A DNA stretch of 64,000 nt, from contig OX597825.1 of the NCBI GenBank assembly GCA_951406725.2, positions 45,012,001 through 45,076,000 of the forward strand. The letters run 5' to 3'. This document shows, piece after piece, positions 35,227 to 46,500 of the stretch. Position 1 is the stretch's first letter; every line of letters starts with the position of its first letter. The notes under the pieces are model-generated. The model was not told the DNA's origin, did not search any database, and was given only the letters and a program-made list of their open reading frames with translations. The stretch is from Octopus vulgaris (taxonomy: Eukaryota). The position numbers and the translations under genes were made by a program.

Positions 35227-35377
35227 CTACAATGTCACAAATCCTGCATATCTGGTTATTCTCTTGAATATTAAAAAAATTTATATTGTTCCTAATATAT
35301 TCTGGATAACCTAAAGATGGCATATGTATAACAACTCGCTTCGAATTTTGAATTCGTTTCCATGAAGTTCGGAATCC
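35227..35377 (-). CDS. IQCH: IQCH-like exon A (151 nt): GFRTSWKRIQNSKRVVIHMPSLGYPEYIRNNINFFNIQENNQICRICDIV
   Basis: TTCCAG acceptor, GTGAGT donor, phase 0 to 1; resembles W.RIRTSRRTIIHIPSLGY..QQN.Q..RLCDI; not in the ORF track. Confidence 0.9.
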
Positions 35378-35458
35378 CTGGAATATTGGAAATAAGATAA
35401 GTGATTTGCCAAAAGCTTATATATGTATACATACTTACACTCATATAGTCATGTGTAC

Positions 35459-35509
<51 letters not shown>

Positions 35510-35781
35510 CATGTATATATATATATATATATATAAAATTAATTAAGGGTAGAAATTGATATTTATCAATTAAGACCAGTGGTCTAGCATGTTAAAAAAG
35601 AATCCGAAGATTAAAATATTTATATATACCAATTAAGGACTGAACACGAAAAGTGGACAGTCAACATGCTAGATATAGACGTCAAATCGTCATTCTCCAC
35701 AAAAGATTATGTTCTCAGATCAAACTCAACACAAAACCATAGCAATAAACAAGTGAAAAATATACGAAATAAAATAATTAC

Positions 35782-35846
35782 CCATGTACTAACTTAGTTT
35801 CAGCTGTTATTTTCCGCAAGGAAAACTGCAGCCATCATCAGTATGG
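35782..35846 (-). ncRNA. Type I hammerhead ribozyme motif, copy 1 (stem I A-C mismatch)
   Basis: Minus strand reads CCATA CTGATGA TGGCTG..CAGCT GAAA CTAAGTTAG TA CATGG. Confidence 0.75.
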
Positions 35847-36286
35847 TCCGTTATAAATGTAATTTGCTGGACTAAATGCAAACACGATACCGAAATATCG
35901 CGTGCATGGAGTTCAGCCTATTACATTTGAATATATCTTTCAAATGCCTTTACTTTGGCGCGTTGAGACCCGAGAAAACTAGCCTGCAGCTAATAATTAG
36001 CAGCAGTTAATTTATCGGTTAGAGAACATTTATTTATATAAAATTAATTAAGGGTAGAAATTGATATTTATCAATTAAGACCAGTGGTCTAGCATATTAA
36101 AAAAGAATCCGAAGATTAAAATATTTATATATACCAATTAAGGACTGAACACGAAAAGTGGACAGTCAACATGCTAGATATAGACGTCAAATCGTCATTC
36201 TCCACAAAAGATTATGTTCTCAGATCAAACTCAACACAAAACCATAGCAATAAACAAGTGAAAAATATACGAAATAAAATAATTAC

Positions 36287-36351
36287 CCATGTACTAACTT
36301 AGTTTCAGCTGTTATTTTCCGCAAGGAAAACTGCAGCCATCATCAGCGTGG
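36287..36351 (-). ncRNA. Type I hammerhead ribozyme motif, copy 2 (stem I C-A mismatch)
   Basis: CCACG CTGATGA..GAAA CTAAGTTAG TA CATGG. Confidence 0.75.
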
Positions 36352-36791
36352 TCCGTTATAAATGTAATTTGCTGGACTAAATGCAAACACGATACCGAAA
36401 TATCGCGTGCATGGAGTTCAGCCTATTACATTTGAATATATCTTTCAAATGCCTTTACTTTGGCGCGTTGAGACCCGAGAAAACTAGCCTGCAGCTAATA
36501 ATTAGCAGCAGTTAATTTATCGGTTAGAGAACATTTATTTATATAAAATTAATTAAGGGTAGAAATTGATATTTATCAATTAAGACCAGTGGTCTAGCAT
36601 ATTAAAAAAGAATCCGAAGATTAAAATATTTATATATACCAATTAAGGACTGAACACGAAAAGTGGACAGTCAACATGCTAGATATAGACGTCAAATCGT
36701 CATTCTCCACAAAAGATTATGTTCTCAGATCAAACTCAACACAAAACCATAGCAATAAACAAGTGAAAAATATACGAAATAAAATAATTAC

Positions 36792-36856
36792 CCATGTACT
36801 AACTTAGTTTCAGCTGTTATTTTCCGCAAGGAAAACTGCAGCCATCATCAGCGTGG
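36792..36856 (-). ncRNA. Type I hammerhead ribozyme motif, copy 3 (stem I C-A mismatch)
   Basis: Same as copy 2. Confidence 0.75.
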
Positions 36857-37358
36857 TCCGTTATAAATGTAATTTGCTGGACTAAATGCAAACACGATAC
36901 CGAAATATCGCGTGCATGGAGTTCAGCCTATTACATTTGAATATATCTTTCAAATGCCTTTACTTTGGCGCGTTGAGACCCGAGAAAACTAGCCTGCAGC
37001 TAATAATTAGCAGCAGTTAATTTATCGGTTAGAGAACATTTGTCCACTTTTCGTGTTCAGTCCTTAATTGGTATATATAAATATTTTAATCTTCGGATTC
37101 TTTTTTAATATGCTAGACCACTGGTCTTAATTGATAAATATCAATTTCTACCCTTAATTAATTTTATATAAATAAATGTTCTCTAACCGATAAATTAACT
37201 GCTGCTAATTATTAGCTGCAGGCTAGTTTTCTCGGGTCTCAACGCGCCAAAGTAAAGGCATTTGAAAGATATATTCAAATGTAATAGGCTGAACTCCATG
37301 CACGCGATATTTCGGTATCGTGTTTGCATTTAGTCCAGCAAATTACATTTATAACGGA

Positions 37359-37423
37359 CCATGCTGATGATGGCTGCAGTTTTCCTTGCGGAAAATAACA
37401 GCTGAAACTAAGTTAGTACATGG
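37359..37423 (+). ncRNA. Type I hammerhead ribozyme motif, copy 4; predicted GUA cleavage after 37418
   Basis: CCATG CTGATGA T GGCTG CAG TTTTCC TTGC GGAAAA TAA CAGCT GAAA CTAAGTTAG TA CATGG: complete core with stems I, II and III. Confidence 0.85.
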
Positions 37424-37863
37424 GTAATTATTTTATTTCGTATATTTTTCACTTGTTTATTGCTATGGTTTTGTGTTGAGTTTGATCTGAGAACATAATC
37501 TTTTGTGGAGAATGACGATTTGACGTCTATATCTAGCATGTTGACTGTCCACTTTTCGTGTTCAGTCCTTAATTGGTATATATAAATATTTTAATCTTCG
37601 GATTCTTTTTTAATATGCTAGACCACTGGTCTTAATTGATAAATATCAATTTCTACCCTTAATTAATTTCATATAAATAAATGTTCTCTAACCGATAAAT
37701 TAACTGCTGCTAATTATTAGCTGCAGGCTAGTTTTCTCGTGTCTCAACGCGCCAAAGTAAAAGCATTTGAAAGATATATTCAAATGTAATAGGCTGAACT
37801 CCATGCACGCGATATTTCGGTATCGTGTTTGCATTTAGTCCAGCAAATTACATTTATAACGGA

Positions 37864-37928
37864 CCATGCTGATGATGGCTGCAGTTTTCCTTGCGGAAAA
37901 TAACAGCTGAAACTAAGTTAGTACATGG
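37864..37928 (+). ncRNA. Type I hammerhead ribozyme motif, copy 5
   Basis: Identical to copy 4. Confidence 0.85.
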
Positions 37929-38368
37929 GTAATTATTTTATTTCGTATATTTTTCACTTGTTTATTGCTATGGTTTTGTGTTGAGTTTGATCTGAGAACA
38001 TAATCTTTTGTGGAGAATGACGATTTGACGTCTATATCTAGCATGTTGACTGTCCACTTTTCGTGTTCAGTCCTTAATTGGTATATATAAATATTTTAAT
38101 CTTCGGATTCTTTTTTAATATGCTAGACCACTGGTCTTAATTGATAAATATCAATTTCTACCCTTAATTAATTTCATATAAATAAATGTTCTCTAACCGA
38201 TAAATTAACTGCTGCTAATTATTAGCTGCAGGCTAGTTTTCTCGGGTCTCAACGCGCCAAAGTAAAAGCATTTGAAAGATATATTCAAATGTAATAGGCT
38301 GAACTCCATGCACGCGATATTTCGGTATCGTGTTTGCATTTAGTCCAGCAAATTACATTTATAACGGA

Positions 38369-38433
38369 CCATGCTGATGATGGCTGCAGTTTTCCTTGCG
38401 GAAAATAACAGCTAAAACTAAGTTAGTACATGG
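38369..38433 (+). ncRNA. Hammerhead motif copy 6, GAAA changed to AAAA at 38414 (predicted inactive)
   Basis: Reads CAGCTAAAACTAAG instead of CAGCTGAAACTAAG. Confidence 0.7.
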
Positions 38434-38873
38434 GTAATTATTTTATTTCGTATATTTTTCACTTGTTTATTGCTATGGTTTTGTGTTGAGTTTGATCTGA
38501 GAACATAATCTTTTGTGGAGAATGACGATTTGACGTCTATATCTAGCATGTTGACTGTCCACTTTTCGTGTTCAGTCCTTAATTGGTATATATAAATATT
38601 TTAATCTTCGGATTCTTTTTTAATATGCTAGACCACTGGTCTTAATTGATAAATATCAATTTCTACCCTTAATTAATTTTATATAAATAAATGTTCTCTA
38701 ACCGATAAATTAACTGCTGCTAATTATTAGCTGCAGGCTAGTTTTCTCGGGTCTCAACGCGCCAAAGTAAAGGCATTTGAAAGATATATTCAAATGTAAT
38801 AGGCTGAACTCCATGCACGCGATATTTCGGTATCGTGTTTGCATTTAGTCCAGCAAATTACATTTATAACGGA

Positions 38874-38938
38874 CCATGCTGATGATGGCTGCAGTTTTCC
38901 TTGCAGAAAATAACAGCTGAAACTAAGTTAGTACATGG
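38874..38938 (+). ncRNA. Type I hammerhead ribozyme motif, copy 7
   Basis: Core intact; one substitution in the distal stem II hairpin (TTGCAGAAAA). Confidence 0.82.
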
Positions 38939-39093
38939 GTAATTATTTTATTTCGTATATTTTTCACTTGTTTATTGCTATGGTTTTGTGTTGAGTTTGA
39001 TCTGAGAACATAATCTTTTGTGGAGAATGACGATTTGACGTCTATATCTAGCATGTTGACTGTCCACTTTTCGTGTTCAGTCCTTAATTGGTA

Positions 39094-39260
39094 TCATCAT
39101 CATCATCATCATCATCGTTTAACGTCCGCTTTCCATGCTAGCATGGGTTGGACGGTTCAACTGGGGTCTGGGAAGCCCGAAGGCTGCACCAGGCCAGTCA
39201 GATGTGGCAGTGTTTCTACAGCTGGATGCCCTTCCTAACGCCAACCACTCCGAGAGTGTA
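39094..39260 (-). mobile_element. Short RTE 3'-end fragment with (GAT)n tail at the edge of the array
   Basis: (CAT)n followed by CGTTTAACGTCCGCTTTCCATGCTAGCATGGGTTGGACGG. Confidence 0.85.
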
Positions 39261-39515
39261 GGTATATATATATATATATATAATAATAAAATATTAGGGA
39301 ATAAATCCAAACTTACAGGGAAAAATCAGATTTAGGATTAAATCCAATTTTATAGTATAAATATATTATATTATATTATATTAAATTAGAGATAAAACCA
39401 CTATTAGGCAAATCAAACAATGAAAAACATAAGCCAATACATAAAATTAATTAATTTATATTATTTTAAATATATATCAAAAGTATTAAAAGTTTAATAA
39501 AAGATAAAGAGTAAA

Positions 39516-39644
39516 ACAGCGTGTGTATATAAGAATTTTTTGTAATGAGATAAAAAACCAAGGCTGTGTAGATATGTTCTAATATCTACACAGCCTTGGT
39601 TTTTTTATCTCATTAAGCAAAAAATTATTATATACATACGCTGT
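39516..39644. repeat. Near-perfect hairpin with ~60-bp arms and a ~6-nt loop
   Basis: AATGAGATAAAAAACCAAGGCTGTGTAGATAT-gttcta-ATATCTACACAGCCTTGGTTTTTTTATCTCATT. Confidence 0.9.
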
Positions 39645-40267
39645 AAGAATTTAATGTCTGAGACAAATTGTTGTTAATAAGATTATAATTTTTCAAACTT
39701 AGACCATAGAACCAACATTGAACCCCTTATTCGCAAAATTACCGAATCTGGAAGTTAACTATTGTCTGTCTATAGCACTTATTCAGCATTACCTGACACC
39801 TTTGGGTTTCAAAGACACCATATATATATATAATAAATTTCTGAGCGAGGTATAAACAGTAGCGGCGCGACATCATGAAGTATATTTGCCACATTTAGGT
39901 GGAAAATATACTTCGCGATATATATATATACTAACAGAAATACCCGGCCTTGCTCGGGATTGAAATGGCATAGATTTTTATTGTTTTACTTGTTTCAGTC
40001 ATGTGACTGCAGCCATGCAGGAGCACTGCTGTTGGGCGAAGAAATCAACCACAAGATTTATTTGTTGTAATCCTAGTACTCATTCTGTGAGTGTCTTTTA
40101 CCAAACCACTAAGTTATGGGAATGTAAACACAGCAACATCAGTTGTCAAGCAATGGTGGAGGTACAGACACAAGATACATGCACACACATATATACAACA
40201 GTCTTCTTTCAGCTTCTGAGTACGAAATCCACTTATGAGGTTTTGGTCGGCCTGAGGCTATAATAAG

Positions 40268-40303
<36 letters not shown>

Positions 40304-40307
<4 letters not shown>

Positions 40308-41197
40308 CTGACATACCCGGTAATTCCTGGAAAGTGGGCTTATCCCTTGTTTCCACTCATAATTGTTTCGCTAATCCAATAACAACAATACAAAGTATGT
40401 AGCTCTTAAAACAGTTTTGGTGTATTTATTGAGAATACCGAACTGTCTTACAAAGGATCTTGTTTTTAGGAATTCCCAATAAGTTATGAATACCCAAATT
40501 GTGAAGTCAGTTATGTAATAACATGAAATTAATTACCCTATAGCAAGAATTCAAATAAAGTAGCCCTGAAAAGGGCTTTAATACACTCCCAGAGTATATG
40601 GATTTTAGGAGGAAATATTAATAAGGTATGTATACTAAAATCGTGAAACATATTACGTAATAACAGACTAATCAGATAAGCAATAATAATAATTCAAAGT
40701 AATTAACTGTGGAAAAAGCTTTTGTGTGTTCCCAGAGAATATTACCCTCAGCAGCACTAATGTTGATATATTCGTAAATAAGTCAAGTCACTGACCAAAA
40801 TAAGTGAATCTATTGTTTAGGAGAATACTATTTACTTGTTTAAGCGTTGTATTGGATAAATTGAGAAAATAACTACAATAGTTCAAATACTAAGAAATAA
40901 GCCTACCGAAAATGAATGGGTTATTTCCCTTGGTGGTTATTTCCAGGAGGGAATGGGTTATTTCCCTTGGAAGCTTAAGAAATAATTACTCCCACCGTTC
41001 ACTCATGCCCAAATATTATTCCTCCCGCTGTTTAGCCAAACATTTTTTCAAAATTAATTTATACTTAAAAGCTCTCCAGACACATAAGCAATGTGCATGT
41101 GAAATTTAATAAAAATCAGTCAAGCAATTTTGGTGCAAAATGAGGACATACTGATACACACGCACACACAGACAGACGTTTTCAGTTTTGATATGTA

Positions 41198-41200
<3 letters not shown>
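40304..41200 (-). mobile_element. Non-autonomous Helitron-like element; another 3' terminus lies at ~39931-39960
   Basis: Minus-strand start AAAACTGAAAACGTCTGTCTGTGTG..; end CCAGGAATTACCGGGTATGTCAGCTAA; at 39931 CCCGAGCAAGGCCGGGTATTTCTGTTAG resembles the 8729 terminus. Confidence 0.55.
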
Positions 41201-41230
<30 letters not shown>

Positions 41231-41359
41231 TATATATCTATATATATATATATATATATAATATATGTATAAATACATATGTATGTAATATATGCATATA
41301 TATATATATATATAAATATATTTGCATATATCACAAACACAGACACACATACCTACACA

Positions 41360-42030
41360 CAGATATATATCAACAAGAGGAAACTAAACAAGGGCTCAAG
41401 CATTACCCCCAGTGAACCCTCAACTAATGGATCTGTGTACAATGCTCACTCGACTGACTCCCAGGAAGGGACAAGCATAGGAACCCATAGCATGGACCTA
41501 TCCAAAAATAATAACAACCAAATCTTAAGTAACCCAAAGAGCCCACACAGCAACAATTTAGTGAACACAAACCAACATGTAATGAGAACGAACGGACAAA
41601 CTGAATACAACCACCAGTCACTAACAACAGCCAGCAATAGGTGCTTGTGTAGGGACAAATCAAGATGCCCACTTGGTAATCTCTGCATGACTCACAACCT
41701 CATATATAAATGCACAGTACACACATGAGGAAGACTGTATGTGTGTACTGTACCACATCTGCAACCACATCTCAAGCTTTGAAAAAATAACTAAGAGACA
41801 TACAACATCACTGGCAGATTTTCTGTGGAAACTAAAATCAGAAAACATCAACTATGAACTATTCCGGGCACTTTTGGACATGAACAACCATACAACATCC
41901 TTCCTAGGAGGAGTGGGTTGTGCTTGGAAGAATCTTTGTCCATTTTACTGAGTAGAAGAAGAGTAATTAACAAATTAACTGAATGGACTGCAAAATGCAT
42001 ACACATCAAGAAACCACCTACAGTACAACA
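41360..42030 (+). pseudogene. Penelope-like element GIY-YIG endonuclease remnant
   Basis: CLCRDKSRCPLGNLCMTHNLIYKCTV, then (frameshifted) NHISSF..TSLADFLWKLK..INY and CLEE..IL..INK.TE..KCIH, the motif order of PLE endonucleases. Confidence 0.75.
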
Positions 42031-42189
42031 GCCCAGCACCCCAACAGCCATAACTTGCATGCACCAAGAAACTCAAGCTAGGAAAACACAGACAGATGCA
42101 TCCATGTATATATGCACATATAAATGTATGTATGGTTATATCTTCCTAACTAAATACACATGTACCCTGTATAGATCTGTGCTTGTATA

Positions 42190-42302
42190 TATGAACACAC
42201 ACTATATATAAAATAAAATATGAGTATATATGTGTGTGCGCATGTGTATGCAGGTGTGTATGTGCATGTGTATGTGTATGTATATGCATATATGTATATG
42301 TG

Positions 42303-42349
<47 letters not shown>

Positions 42350-42601
42350 ATGTGTGTGTATATATATGTATATGTGTGTGTAGGCATCAGGCATAAGTGT
42401 AAATATAGAGACATATATGTACATACGCCAAATGGCATGAGTGTGTATATTAGTGAGTGTATGTCCATGTGTACTTGTATGTGCATGTATAGGCAGGGCT
42501 GTGAATTGACAGGATGAAGGATGTGTGCCCATATAAATGTATAGATATATGTGTGTGTGTGAACACATTGTGTGTGTATGTATGCATGCATACACACACA
42601 G

Positions 42602-42648
<47 letters not shown>

Positions 42649-42660
42649 TGAGTGTCTCTA
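42190..42660. repeat. Compound (TA)n/(TG)n microsatellite
   Basis: Direct reading of the sequence. Confidence 0.95.
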
Positions 42661-43169
42661 TGAGTGTGTTGGTGTAGGCACCCACCAAGTCTAAAGATGG
42701 AAATCACACCCCCACCAAAATTCTTGACCACGTTGTCGCACTTGACAGCCATAGCCAACCAACTAAGGTCTCCACATGTTATAGGGGTTCAATCCTATGC
42801 CATAAACACTCCACCCCATTTACATTACATTTCTTGCATTTTTTTACTATTTTTATAGCAACTACTTCTTGATCACAATAATAAACAACTTTTACTTTAG
42901 ATTCTTTATATTTTTATTTTTTGTTGTCTTCACTTTTTGTCAACCAATTCCTGACTGCAGTTTCCTCACTTCACCAAAATGTGTCTGGACTGCTAGCAAC
43001 TCACCAACAGCATACAATCTTAGAGTGAAATGAAGTGTAAATTATATAACTTTTGAAGCAGGTTACATCACCTAATCAGGCAACCTGTAGTGTGCATTGC
43101 ATCAGATGGTATTACATCATCACTAGGAAGTAGTGCAGAATGAAGCCGAAACAATTGTTGTGTATGTGT

Positions 43170-43545
43170 GAAATTGTAGGCCATATGAAATCATAATCAT
43201 GGCTGATGCTAGTGCTGTATAACTGGCACACATGATGGTGGCTTGTAAAAAGCACCCTTTGAACTTAGGGCCTCACAGAGGCAGTGACAAGTGACCAGGA
43301 CCTTTGGCAATGCACCATGCTTGAAAAGACCTGTCAAACCAAGTGAGATTGTAGTCATGGCTGATGCTGATGTTTCCTAATAGGCACACATGCCAGTGGC
43401 ATGTAAAAAGCACCTACTTCACTCTTGGAGTGGCTGGCATTAGGAAGGGCATCCAGCTGTAGAAGCCATGCCAAATTAAACTGGAACTTGGTGCAACTCC
43501 CCAGCTTACCAGCTTTCAGTGAAACTGTCTAACCCATGCCAGCAA
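43170..43545 (+). mobile_element. Decayed RTE 3'-end fragment
   Basis: GTAAAAAGCACC repeats and GGCATTAGGAAGGGCATCCAGCTGTAGAA..AACCCATGCCAGCA. Confidence 0.75.
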
Positions 43546-43599
43546 AAATGTTTACTTGAATTTATTGTATTTTCTTTATACGTTTTTTTTTTTTTGTTT

Positions 43600-46500
43600 T
43601 TGGCAACAATTTGTTGAAGATTGATTTAATCTTTCGAGTGAATATTAGCTCTGCAGGCAACTTGCCTGAACAAGTACTCGGATGGGATATTATTCTATAC
43701 ACCCTTAAGAATTTAGTTAGCACTTTGTAATTTCCTAACTTGTTCCTTGCTTTTTTTTTTTAGTGCTTGTCCATTTGACCTCAGGTGGTAGGGCTGGGTA
43801 AACATGAGCTTGATTGCATGCATTTTGCAGAATTCCTTGAACTCATATCCTGTAAATTGTGTTCCATTGTCCAAACATACCAAACTTGTATGAACTTAAT
43901 TGTTGCCTTCGAGGCTGGTTGACTGCAACTACATACTTCCAGCCACTTTGTAAAGCTATCAACAATGATCAAGTAGTAAGCACCATTCACTGGTCCAGTG
44001 TAGTCTATATGTACTCTGGACTATCCACCTCAGGTCATGAATGGTATTTAACCAGTGGCACCTTGGCTGCTAACGCACAGCTCTACATGATTTTACCAAA
44101 TTCTCAATGTCCCAGTCCATTGTCAGCCAATACACATAACTCCTCATCAAAGCTTTCATTCTTGACATCCCCTGGTGTCCACTATGAAATTCCTGTAATA
44201 TCTGTAGTGCAGTTGGTACTATCACTCTTTGTGCATACATTAATACTTCATGACAGAGAGAAAAATGGTTCGCATTCATGTTTCTCTTTTGTTTAATTTT
44301 CAAAGTTTCCTTCTTTTTTATGATGCATTTATCCTCCGCTAATTTACTTTTTATATCTTGTACAGTCACTGGCAACTCCTGAATGACATTACACATAACG
44401 TTTTTAAATTCCTTTTCTGATTGTAATGCAGCTATCACTGTATCTTCCAGTGGTTCCGCATTCTTTGGAATTAGCCTAGATAAACAATCCACATGACCAA
44501 TTTTCTTGGAAGAAATGTACTCCATCTTAAAGTTGTAATTTAACAATAGTGTACCCCAGCATTGTAATCTGTTAGCTGTACGGGTAGGAATTCCTTTCTT
44601 CAATCCAAAAATTGATTGTAATGATCGGAAGCTTCTTCCATGGAGAAATCTGTGAAATTTCTTCATGACAAAAATAATCACTTGAGTTTCTTTCTCTATC
44701 TGAATGTAATTTTTTTCTGCTGCAATCAGGGCATGTGAGGCATGAACCACCACCTTCATATTTCTGTCTTTATTTCTGCAACTGTCTGCAGGGTTAAACT
44801 TTTGTCTACTTGTTCAAGTTTTGTGGGAATTTTTGCATGTATCTCCACATCTTTGTTTACTGTAAGCCCTTGTGCAAAAACGAGGCCCTTAAACACATCA
44901 GGAGTTAGTTCATTCCGTTTAAACCTTTCTCACATTTGGTTTACAGTCTTGGCACATGTGACAAAGTCTTCATCTCTTTTAACTAGATTCAACATAAATA
45001 GGGAACTCTTATCACTGAATATTTTGATAGTAGTTTGACTGTTTCCTGGAAACAAATTTCACTAGTTTTATTGGATAGTATGAAATTACAATATTTTTCA
45101 TGTTCAGCTTACTTTATCAGTCTTACTTTTTCATTGTCTGTCTATAACTTACAATCTTCCCTGAAGATTTCTTCATACCTTCTAAAGCAGGCATCAGCAA
45201 CCTGCAGTCTGCAAGCCAAAAGTGGCCCATGAGCCAAAAGCAGCCTGTGAGGTCCTCCCGTGTGACCCTCAGCACCTTGTCCAGATTTCCATTAGGTACG
45301 GCCCAAGAGACATTTCCCGCGACCTGGTGGGGTTTTTTGAACCGACAGCAAATTTAACAGAGCCAATCAATGGCTTCTCCCCAGCCAGAACAACATCCTA
45401 CTTTCATCATACTGACACTGAATAAATGTAACTTTGGAGAAAATTCTGACAGAGTTAGAGAGAAAGAGGAAATCATCCTTTTGTCTGATACTGTAGTATA
45501 GCATCACTGTACGATGAGTTATTTTTCGCTTCTACTCCAATTGACTTGGTTATAAATATTTTTTCTGTGATATTTCTGATGGCTGAAGGTACCCAGCCTG
45601 TGAAGAAGAGGAAGCTGTTGGACAAGAACCGCTCCTTCAAGAAGGAATGGGAAACATTCTTCCTTGTCGAGCACAAGGGAAAGGCTTTGTGTGTCATCTG
45701 CCATGAAACCGCCGTGCAACGTGAAGCGTCGCTTCACTTCGGTGCACCCCAAGCAAGCTGTGTTGCCTGAGGATAAGAAAAAGGCAGAGTTTGGACGTCT
45801 GGAGAAGTAATGTCCCTTCATGAAGAGGATCGTCTCATTGGTGGAAGCAGCTGCTGAGAGCAACACTCAGGCCAACTACCATGTTGCACACCTTGTGGCC
45901 ACCAACCTCAAGGCATTTACCAATGGAAATTCATCAAGGTGCGCATGATGGCTGAGGTTAAGGACCTGTGTCCTGACAAGTTGAGTGAGCTTGAAGCCAT
46001 CAGCCTATCTGCCAGGACCTTGACCTGCCGCATAGGGATGGCTACCGATGTCCGGGGCACCCAAAAGGACATGTGTCAGTCCGCTCACTTCTTCTCCATC
46101 ACCATGGATGAGTCAACTGACATCAAGGACATGGCTCAGCTTGCCATCTTCTTCCATGGCAGCAGAGATGACTTCGTCAGCTTTGAGGAGTTCATCAGAC
46201 TTATCCTCCCCAGCGGTACCACCACTGGCACCAAGGTGTGCAGGGCAGTCACAGACTGGCTAAAGGAGGCTGACCTGGACCTCTCTCACATGTACGGCAT
46301 GACAACTGACGGAGCACTCGCCATGGTCAGGGACAAGAAGGGCTTTGTGACACTTCTTCTGAAGTACCTACACAGCTTTGGACACTAGCAGAATGTGAAA
46401 CACTTTCATTGTTTGGTGCACCAGGAGTCTCTGTGCACCAAGGCCATGACTATTACAGAAGTCATGACTGTCATTGTCAAGGCTGTGAACTTTGTTTGAC

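Larger units (their letters stand above)
35531..39094. repeat. Tandem-then-inverted array of a 505-bp hammerhead-containing unit (retrozyme / Penelope pseudo-LTR-like)
   Basis: Forward units at 35531, 36036, 36541; inversion point ~37041; inverted units at 37041, 37546, 38051, 38556 plus a ~33-nt stub; copies nearly identical. Confidence 0.96.

Noticed and set aside
42146-42758. His/Thr/Tyr/Ile-rich ORFs
   Set aside because: Translations of dinucleotide microsatellites
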